Below, in pieces: positions 14,244 through 23,978 of a stretch of 64,000 bases of DNA. Location of the stretch: contig OZ320321.1 of NCBI GenBank assembly GCA_976226885.1, positions 11,346,001-11,410,000 of the forward strand, in the 5' to 3' direction. The notes below the pieces were generated by a model that ran no database searches, was not told the DNA's origin, and saw only the letters and a program-made list of their open reading frames with translations. This DNA comes from Iphione sp. A-MEVVRFRX5. Lineage: Eukaryota. Both the position numbers and the translations under genes were made by a program. Position 1 is the first letter of the stretch. Every line of letters begins with the position of its first letter.

Positions 14244-16053
14244 ATGAAGCGGCAATTTGATGAGCCACAGCTAGCATCCCTCAGCCTCATCCCCAGTAGT
14301 CCCCACACGTCCATCCAGTCGTCGCCCTGTAAGCGCCTCAACCCGGTCAGTGTCAGCGTCAACCGACGCTTTTCCAAGAAGCCGCGACTGGGAGGTTACG
14401 ACGAGACCTCCTTCTGTGCCGACGACCTCCTCTCCGGCCCCGAGCCCTTCGCCTTCAACGGCGTCGCGCTTTGCGCCAGTTTCGCCGAGAGTACCGGCCA
14501 CCTGCACCATCAGGCGCAGCACGGCGTCGTCGGCGGCTGCGACGGCGGCGACTTCTTCTCCACCGGCGTCGGCGGCGGAGACGGCGGCGGAGGCGGCGGT
14601 GGAGGCGGCGGAGGCGGCATCACCGGCGCCGAGGTCGAGACGTACGACCGCAGCGGCGAGCGCGGCCTCTCCCCTCCCGCGCCGGCGGCGACGGCGCCAC
14701 GCGCGCCTCAGCGGCAGGAAGTGAGCCCAGCCGCTCCCCCCGCCCCCGAGCAGCAACACCTGCGCCACCAGGGGTCGCAGCAGGTGGCGCCCCAGCAGCC
14801 GCGCCCGGCGAGCGAGGCTCCGCAGCAGAAGGAGGTGGACTCGACCACCTCCTCCAAGACCAGCCTCATCAACAACAATAACAATAACAACAACGTTACC
14901 AACCACAACCCCCCGACGACGGCGGCGGCCCCCACCACCGCCACCACCGGCAGCACCACCGCAGCGACGATGAGGTCCAAACCGGAGCCCGAGCGGCTGA
15001 TCGCCGAGACCAAGATGGACCTTGACCTGGAGGACGAGCGGTCGCTGAGCGGCGGGGGCGGCGAGTCGCCCGAGCCGCCCATGAGCCGTCCTTTCCCCTG
15101 CATCTGGCTCGACCGCTCGCAGGAGCCCACCATTTGCAAAGACCCGCCGCCCGAGGCCATCAAGAGCCACAACCTCCACGACGTCATGGTCACCAGCAGC
15201 GACATGCGCAACGGCTCGGACGGCGTGGCCCACGAGACCGGAAGTCAGCCCAGCGACGACGAGATGCGCCACACGCCGCAGCCGTCCCATCCGCTCGACG
15301 GCTCGAACGTGTCGGTCGTGGCGGCGGCGGCCGCAGCGGCGGCGGCGGAAGCGCAGCACCGCGCCGCCATGGAGCACTCCATGCACCAGATGCTGGAGCG
15401 GTCTCACCTGGAGCGCGGCCAGATGGAGCGCGCCCAACTCCAGCATTCCCCACAGCACCAACAGCAACAACAACACCAACAACAACAGTCCCAACAACAA
15501 CAACAGCAGCAACAACAACAGCAACAACACCACCAGCAACAGCTGCAACAACAGCAGCAGCAGTCGTCGCCGCACCACCCGTCTCTGTCCATGCACGGGC
15601 CCGGCGGTCACCCACCCCCGCCGCACCCGCAGCAGCGCTCGCCGCACCGCGACCAGCCGCACCACGGCGACCAACCGCTGCACCCGCAGCCCCCGCCGCC
15701 GCCCCACCAGCCCGGAGGGCCGCACCCGCAGCAGCAGCAGCCGCCGCCGCAACCCAACGGCTTCCCGCCCTTGAAGGAGGGGCTGACCCCGTCGCCGCTG
15801 AAGAACGGCCTCTCCCCGCACCACCACTTCAACGGGCTGCCGCCAGAGGGCACGACGGTGGTGGGGCCGGACGGCGAGCAGCTCACGCTGGAGGTGTGCC
15901 CCGAGTGCAACAAGGTCTTCAAGCGGCGCGTCTACCTGCAGCGCCACATGGAGCGCGAGCACTGGTCGACGGCCAAGGTCTTCAAGTGTAGTGACTGTTC
16001 CTACGAGACCAAGCACCAAAGCAACCTGTCCGTACACCGTCGAATCCACACAG
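14244..16053 (+). CDS. Zinc-finger gene, first coding exon (603 codons + 1 nt; fingers 1 and 2 at its 3' end)
   Basis: Strong acceptor ttttttgtctctttacag ends at 14165. ATG at 14244 (gacATGa) is the first ATG after an in-frame TAA at 14214-14216. Donor ag|gtgagc at 16054. ORF track 14232..16136. Confidence 0.88.
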
Positions 16054-19000
16054 GTGAGCAGCCCCCTACTTCTACTCCTCCACAGCCCGCGAGTAACTCC
16101 CCACCTTTACCTATGACTACATATTTACCACAGTAAACTTAGTTAGGTGTGTGCGGCGGACAAACATGCTCAGTTCCTCGCATCGCCTTAACGATTCCCC
16201 TGGTAATTATACTCATTCCTTTTGGAAGTTCGAAATTGACGCCTCTCATCACTGTATGCTTTCGTTTGTAATTGGTCGTTGATTTGTTGTCGGCCGTATA
16301 CCACCAGTGTAAAAAAAACGAGCGTAATGGCCGCATTCAGATTATTAAATTTAGGAAGGGAGGGCTAATTTCACGGCCCCGTGAGCTCATCGGCCTTTTT
16401 GGCAATCGGGCGGCGTTTGTGTTTATAGTTTACGACGCTGTCTCGGCAGCAAAGCCCTCAGTGTGTCCTTAAGCTGCCAGGAAGTGCCGAGCATTGATGG
16501 CGCCCCCGTCAGTGGAAGAAAGGGCGCCAATGGCGGCGTATTCCTCGCCTCGGCACTTGATTGATTGCTCGCTTGTCCCCCGCAAGTTTCGCTGAAAATT
16601 CTTTTGAATCTGGCGCGGCGGCGGCGGCGGCGGCGGTGGCGGCGGCGCCGATCAGATAACGATGCGGACGTATGTGTGAAAAATCCGCCATTAATCTCTA
16701 TCTTTGCGAGGAGCAGAGCAGAGAGTGCGAGTGGCAGAGGACTTCTTTACCTCGGCCTGGCCCGGCACCTCGTCTCCCGGCTGTGATGGAGAGCATTTGC
16801 GTATTTAATATGCTGTCGCCTGACAAAGGAAACCTCCTCGGCCTCGTATGCTCACTAATTTGACAGCCTATTCTTCATAACACACACACTCACACATACA
16901 CATACAAACTGAGGGTGATGTGATCCACAGGAATTGGCTTTCCTAGCTTAAATTTGAAGATTTGTGTTTACCTTAGCCCCGTCAGCAGTGCAGCCTACGT
17001 CAAACAGTCATGAGGCACGCGGTTCAAACAGAAGTAGCATGCCTAATGTTCAGTCAGGACCTCCTGCTTCTGCTCCTCCTGTTCCTCCCTCCCNNNNNNN
17101 NNNNNNNNNNNNNNNNNNNNNNNNNNNNNNNNNNNNNNNNNNNNNNNNNNNNNNNNNNNNNNNNNNNNNNNNNNNNNNNNNNNNNNNNNNNNNNNNNNNN
17201 NNNNNNNNNNNNNNNNNNNNNNNNNNNNNNNNNNNNNNNNNNNNNNNNNNNNNNNNNNNNNNNNNNNNNNNNNNNNNNNNNNNNNNNNNNNNNNATACAG
17301 TCATCGCCCTCTGTCTTCTCTATCATCATACAGCTAGCACAGACACACAGTTTACACGCCGACTCACGCCAGTTGCAGACTGGAGTTGTTATTTACTCTG
17401 GCAGTCCCTTACTCTACAATGGTCAGTAACAAAAGATTAGGCTACGCTGCAGGTGCACTCGCGTTATGTCCCTGACAGCAGTAACAACGGTGTATGATAT
17501 TCCTCCCGTTCACAGAAACGAAGCACCTTTTTCTTACCGGGATGGGCGGCACATTAAAACTTCATTGGCTTTCAGCCTTTCTATTCCTAAACGTGCTATG
17601 TAAGTGCAGGCTTCGTCCCAGGCGTCACATCAATTCTTCACCCAAATGGAATTAAAGCCAGGCCAGCTCAAAAAAAAGGAGGACAATTGGAGAAAACGTG
17701 TTTGAAGCATGAGGTGCCTCCCCTGAGTCTAGGTCTCTGTTACTTTAAATGGTTTAGCCATGAATGTAACTGGATTAGCCTTAAATATAAATGACTTAAC
17801 GACGAGTAAAAACTGGCGCAACCCCCCCCCCCCCTGCCATTCCCTTCCACCCACCCCCACCCCCATTAAAAGCATTGAGTGCCTTACTCTGCTTAGAACA
17901 TAGACTATGTGCTTCTTCTGGGGAAACAAATGATACGAAAGGAATTCTTTTAATTTCCCCTCTCCAGTTGTCGCCAAGAAAGGGTACATCGGTGGCAAAT
18001 TTGATTCATCATTGAGCAGCTTGTAGCGTATTTTCACCAGCAGGGCTAGAAAGCACATATCTATAGTGGAGGCCTCCTTCATTTCACCGGCGAGGCAAAA
18101 ACAGAATCCATTCCCAGGCAAGCTCTGCAAACAATACGCCAAAACAATTAAATTATTATGCGCGTAAAAGAAGGGGGCCTATATTAATTATTAAATCTTG
18201 CTGAAGAAGCTGGGGTCTATATTATTAGTTCCCAAGCGAAGTAATTGCATTCAGTCGTGGTCGCTACGCAACAATCGCGTCAGGACTGTTTTTTTTGTGT
18301 AGATTGAACATTTCTTTTTGGCGCACTCATCCTTTACGCGGGAGGAATCATACTTAAAGTTAGTCCCGCGCGCGTTGCGGGGGTGAATACATCAATACTT
18401 GTTGGCGGCTTTTTAGTCGGGCGCGATTCTACAGTTTTGCAATTAGGCGCGTCGGTCGGCAGGCACTGTATGTTTGCCTGAACGATGTACCTCATTAGAG
18501 GGTCCGCTACCTACTCATTCCTTAAACATGATTAAGACAAGCTTTTTCTGGCAGAACCCCCTACAGGAGTGCTCCGCCTTTTCCTTCCCCGGCCGACGAC
18601 GCCACACAACAAACAAGGCTCCCGCCCGCATGTGGATTTGCATATTTTTACTTCTGTAACGTATCACTACCGAGTAGTGTAGCTTGTGGTGGTGGTGGTG
18701 GGTTGGGAGTGGGGGTGATGCTGCACTGGGGGTGTACGCTTGCTCAGAGAAATCCTCTGTTTTTTTGACAAATTAACGCCGATGAAATGGCCAGTGTGGG
18801 AATACAGAAGCGCCGCCTTCCGTGCCTAACAAACATGCACTTTCGTCGTCCAACTTCCCGGCCGGCGGCCGAGCAGGAGGAGCACTCCTTTGATTACTCA
18901 CCGCAACTGTCTTCCTTAATAAGGCAGACTAGCCTATCGCGCAGGCCACAAAGCAGCGGCAAAAAAACGCCCGCCGAGTAGTCCCTTCCTGTAATGTACC

Positions 19001-19365
19001 TCAACTTACGCCGGATGAAGAATGGCGCAGAAAAATGGGAAGAGGGGGAGAAAAAAAAGCCTGCTGCAATCGCTACTATACGCTGCGGAGAAGGCAGCAG
19101 CAGCAGGCATTGGTTTCCATTTCAGTGATATGAATGAATGAACAAAGAAGCGAATGTATCGGACCGGATGATCTTTTGTTTGGTAAATATACCTAACGAG
19201 ATGAAGCCTCTCGGCAGGCAAACAAGCCTCGGTTAGGGTTCGCCGTCGGCCTTGAGTGGCTTCGTATTTTCACGCGGAAGGAGGAGACAGTGAATCTTTG
19301 ATACAGCAGCCACGGGCCGCCCGCCTGTCAGCGCCCGTCTCCTCCGTTTGATCTGTTAAAGAGTG

Positions 19366-19401
<36 letters not shown>

Positions 19402-22400
19402 TTGGTAAGGAAGCGCTGTAGAAAACACACATAGACACAACACGCACGCACACACGCACGCACATACACACGCAGAGCAAAACCGCAACAATTGGCGCCG
19501 CCGCCGCCGCCATCGCCGCCTGAGCAGCAAGAGGAAGAGGCGGGGATGGAGTGAAGGGGCCCGGAGCACGCGGTGCCGGGGTCCCGCGCACCCTAATGTA
19601 TTCTTTAGAAAGGTGAGACCATTTCGTGGCGCCAGCCAGCATGTAGCAGGCGCCTGACGCTTGACGTTTGACGCCAGTGACGCTCCCTCCCTTGACGTGC
19701 CACTCTCGCGTCGAGCCACACGCGACGCGTCCAACAACCCCCTCCCTCCCCCCTCCCCCCGCCCTTTCCTGCGCTTTGTAGCGGGCGATGAATGGTGGCC
19801 GGACGACCGGCGGCGGGCCGCTACAGCGCGTTATTGGCTGATTGTTGACAGAGGATCGGCGCTCCGCGGTCGTCGAGCGGCGACGGCGGATGTGGAAAGG
19901 GTGTCCTGCCTTTCCGCCAGGCGGAACGTGATTGGTTGGGGGTGGTTTGTAGAGGCTTGAGGGCGGCGGCGGCGGCCTTCTCGGGGGAGGAGGAGGAGGA
20001 GGCCTGCAAGGAGCCAGTCTTGTTCCTTAAGCTGCTGCCTTGGTTGCTGCGGCTCTACATCAAACGCGTTATTGATGTCACTTGACCTGCTGTGCCGCCC
20101 CCTCCCACCCTGCCGGCGGGCGGGCGGGCGGGCGGGCTGTACGGCGGGGGAGTTGGCTGGTGTGGAGAGTGGGGCGGTGGCCTGCAGATCGGCGGGGCTC
20201 GTGGACAGCTTGAACCTAGCACCTCCTCTGACCTGGAGAGGACCCACGTGGGACCTGGCCTAGCCGCCTGGCCGCCCGTGCAGGAGAAGCAGCAGCAGCA
20301 GCAGTATCCACTGAGGAATCCGACCGACCAAAAAGTACACACGCTGCGCGGATATGGGGGGAGGGGGGTCATGCAAAGAAAAACCCAAGAACAAGCAATC
20401 AAGATCATTACCTTTTTAGACACGTCTCGGCAAAGAAAGCTCAGTAGGTGATAGAATGGGAGAACGTTTTGTTCCGTAGTCGACCCTTTTTTTCCCCTAT
20501 AAGAGCGCCATGTACGAGGGAGTTGCTCCCAAGGCCTGACTGGGTCCACTGGCTGCCGGCTTTTATTGTTTTGTGTTTTTTTGGTTAATATCAATTTCAT
20601 CGGGCGTTGTTGTATGGATGGTGATATCGGACTATCTGTACTGCCTGAGCTGACAAGGCCTACCGCCACCAGCAATCAACAAGGAGGGGGGGGGGAGCTG
20701 GTAGCGAGAGATTTACATACACACACCGCCCCCCGCTCTCCTTGTCTGCTGGCAGCGTGCTTAAAGAAGCCGTCAGGTCTCTCTTAAACACCCACCGTCA
20801 CATATAAAGCTGACTGCCTCGGCTTTTTCTCGCCGCCATGCTTATAATTGCTCATCTCAACTTAAAGTATCAAAGGTGCGTTTTTATGAGGGCCCGTTGT
20901 CTCGCTTCCTTTTACAGTATGCAATCGGACTCCCCCGGACCTTTTTTTCCCCCTCGCCGTTTCATCATTAGGGCCCTCAGAGAAATCTATTGCGATGAGA
21001 GAGACATTATATTACCCTAGAGTTTTTTTTCCTTGCACTTGCTATGTGAAACCATTATTTTTAGGCACTAAAAAGGGACTTAATACCAAACGAAGCTAAT
21101 TAAATTTGTCGTGCATTTTAAATGTCCCTTTTTTTCTGACGCTTTTATGGAAATTCCCACTGTACATATGCATTTGATTCCTAGGGATTTCATTGTCCTG
21201 CTCGCTCATGGAAGCACCTAACTGGATTGATTCCATTTACACAAATTAATCTCCATTCCAATTCATTCTCGGCATTTTCCTATTCACTAAAAGATTACTT
21301 TTTTCAGGCCATGCAAATGGGAGGCACTAAAGATATATTTTTTCCCTTAAGAGAGCTAATGGTATATGCATGTACTCTTTTTCCCCCTTTCAATCGCTTA
21401 ATATAACCTTGGTAAAGCACAGAGTGGCTTCATGAGACATGGACGAGTTCCATCATACCCCTCCCCCCCTCCCCCCCCCCCGCCCCATAGGTTCTTGTCG
21501 TCTTCCTGCAGCGACCGTCAGAGTCCTCAGTTTGATCGTTCCAACCTTGTGTTTAGACTGTGTACATTCCTGTGTGTCGTCCCACCAACCCCTTTACTAC
21601 CACAACCAACATGGCTTCCCCACTTCTTACGATCGCACTGCCTCTCACTCAGCCACCCCCACCCCCTCTAGCCTTCCCCTTCGTGCTCCTCCTTCTCTTC
21701 CTCCCTGCTCTTCTTCCTCCACCATCTCCTCNNNNNNNNNNNNNNNNNNNNNNNNNNNNNNNNNNNNNNNNNNNNNNNNNNNNNNNNNNNNNNNNNNNNN
21801 NNNNNNNNNNNNNNNNNNNNNNNNNNNNNNNNNNNNNNNNNNNNNNNNNNNNNNNNNNNNNNNNNNNNNNNNNNNNNNNNNNNNNNNNNNNNNNNNNNNN
21901 NNNNNNNNNNNNNNNNNNNNNNNNNNNNNNNNNNNNNNNNNNNNNNNNNNNNNNNNNNNNNNNNNNNNNNNNNNNNNNNNNNNNNNNNNNNNNNNNNNNN
22001 NNNNNNNNNNNNNNNNNNNNNNNNNNNNNNNNNNNNNNNNNNNNTCTCGAATCTTCATTGGAATCTTTTGTTTTCCAGGCGAGCGCCCATACAACTGCGG
22101 AGCGTGCGGCCAAACGTACACTCAGGGTCACCTCCTCAAGTCTCACATCCGGAGTCGGCACGGAGGTAACATGGAGTACTACAACCTGGACAAGAGCAAC
22201 AGTACGTCATCTCCCCACTAACCAACCAACCCCCTCCCCAGTCGACAGCCCTGGCTGTCCAGCCCCCGTTACCAACAACAACAAAGACCGCTATTAGACC
22301 GCTTCTATTCCAGGCCGAAGCCAAAATAAATTCCTAACCCTTTTTTCAACTTTTCGGCTTTTTATATATACTTTTTTTGGTTTTATCGTTAGTCTATTTC

Positions 22401-23978
22401 TTGGTGACTTCAACAACCATGGCCCCCATCCCCACCTCTTCGTTCCATTTGCTCTTAACTGCATTTGATTGTTAATGTGGAATTCTGTCGCAGGCTGGAC
22501 GCGCAATGCTCCTTTGTCTCCGCAAAATTGACATTCGCAGTGATTTTTTTTCTATTCAAACGAAACTCGAAACTGGATTCGTTTGGTTTCGTAGGGATTT
22601 GATCTTTTTTTTTGTTAGCACCAAGAGTGTGGTGACAGTAATGTAAGTGTGGCTCAGGTGTGGCCGTGGATTGATGGTCGGGTTCTGTTTTTTTGCTCCC
22701 GTTTGCTGTCTAGGTGAGCGGCCCTACCACTGCGGAGCCTGCGGCCAGCGCTACACGCAGGGCCACCTGCTCAAGTCGCACATCCGCAGCCGCCACGAGG
22801 GCAACATGGAGTTCTACAACCTCGACAAGAAGGGCGAGAGCACGCGCGGCCGCAAGTCGCTCGACCCCAAGCACGACCCGGCGGCCATGATGCAGCAGAA
22901 GCAGGACAAAATCAACTCGCTGGTGGCGCAGATCGAGCGCCAGAAGATGTCCCAGATGATGGGCGGTGGCGCCGCGCCCAACATGGCCTCCTTCCTGGGC
23001 GCCAACATCCCGCCCTACATGAACGCGCTGCGGCCCTTCATGGCGTCGCCGCTGGCGCTCGGCACGGGCCTCCTCGGCGGGCCGCGCCTCTTCGCCATCG
23101 GCAACATGCAGAACATGGGCGACAGCATGATCCCGCTGCCGGCCGGCCTGCCCATGCTCGGGCACGGCGCGCCCGGTCTGGGCATGGAGGGCGCCGGCGC
23201 CGGGGGCATCAAGGTGCCGCTCAAAGTTCCCGAGGTGCCCAGCCCCATCAGCTTCCACGAGAGCGGCGCCAACGGCGGCGGCGGCAGCGGCGGCGGTGGC
23301 CCCAAGATCACCGTCATCGACGACGCGCTACCGCAGGACCTGACCACCAAGAAGACCCCGCCCCTCAAGAGTCCGCCTCTGCGCAGCCCCACGGCCGCCA
23401 AGAGTCCGTCGTCGGTGCTGCGCGAAGTGAACGGCGCGCCACCCACCAGCTTGGCCGGCGGCGGCTGCTACAGCAGCAAACTCTTCCCGGGCTTCGGTCG
23501 CGGCGGCGGCTCGCTCGCCGACGATATGGACGACATCGGCGCCGCCAAGGGCCACTTCCACCCGGCGGGCGCGTCGCCGACCTCGACGACGGAAGAGGCG
23601 GTGCGCGACATGAAGGAGATGAAGGAGGAGATCCCGCCACCGCGCATGCTCGAGGAGAGGAAGGTCCTTCCGGCCGGCGCGGGGGGCGCCGGCGGCGGCA
23701 TGGGGGCGACGACGGCGGAGTCCAAGCCGATGGACTTCACGTGCAGCAACGGCCCGGCCGGCGGCGGCGGCGGTCACCACGCCGTCAAGAACTGCGACCA
23801 CGCGCTGAAGCTGCGCGCCCTGCGCAAGAACATCGTGCGCATGCTGAGCGTGCTGACGCCCGACCTGGGCGTGGAGAACACGCTCGACTACGACAGCGAC
23901 CAGGTGGACGAGCTGCTGCACGAGGTCATCTACAGCAACATCGAGGAGGAGGAGCAGCAGTCAGCCGTCAAGACCTGA
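14244..23978 (+). CDS. C2H2 zinc-finger transcription factor, long isoform: join(14244..16053,22714..23978), 1024 aa, three fingers, polyQ/polyA/Pro-rich regions
   Basis: Fingers CPECNKVFKRRVYLQRHMEREH, CSDCSYETKHQSNLSVHRRIH and CGACGQRYTQGHLLKSHIRSRH. The canonical HTGERPY linker is rebuilt exactly across a phase-1 intron (CACACAG|gtgag ... ctgtctag|GTGAGCGG). Codons are strongly GC3-rich. Joined length 3075 nt is a multiple of 3 and ends in TGA. Orthologue not recognised; N-gaps in the intron could hide extra exons. Confidence 0.9.
21732..22044. other. Assembly gap (N run); other gaps at 105-288, 17094-17294, 32254-32406, 36699-36888, 55097-55240 and 63595-63833
   Basis: Runs of n, mostly next to low-complexity tracts. 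This gap ends 34 nt before the exon A acceptor. Confidence 0.99.
22079..22221 (+). CDS. Zinc-finger gene, alternative exon A (paralogous finger 3, short terminal exon: GERPYNCGACGQTYTQGHLLKSHIRSRHGGNMEYYNLDKSNSTSSPH*)
   Basis: Acceptor cttttgttttccag ends at 22078, in the same phase (1) as exon B. 35/39 aa are identical to exon B, with 14 synonymous codon differences. TAA at 22219-22221 and AATAAA at 22325. An internal donor-like a|gtacgt lies at 22202. Confidence 0.75.
22325..22330 (+). terminator. Candidate polyadenylation signal for the short (exon A) isoform
   Basis: AATAAA lies about 100 nt after the exon A stop. A T-rich downstream stretch follows (ttttttcaacttttcggctttttatatatactttttttgg). 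Confidence 0.5.
22714..23978 (+). CDS. Zinc-finger gene, terminal exon B (finger 3 plus ~380-aa tail with PQDLT/PMDFT motifs and a C-terminal helical module)
   Basis: Acceptor tttttttgctcccgtttgctgtctag ends at 22713. The frame is open to TGA at 23976-23978 (ORF track 22647..23978), with high GC3. Confidence 0.9.

Noticed and set aside
14271-16049. 592-aa antisense ORF, plus overlapping alternative-frame ORFs
   Set aside because: It mirrors the GC3-rich zinc-finger exon codon for codon. Stops are rare on the antisense strand of such sequence, and the product has no recognisable domain.
22710-23921. Antisense ORFs of 182 and 197 aa over exon B
   Set aside because: Same shadow-ORF effect as above.
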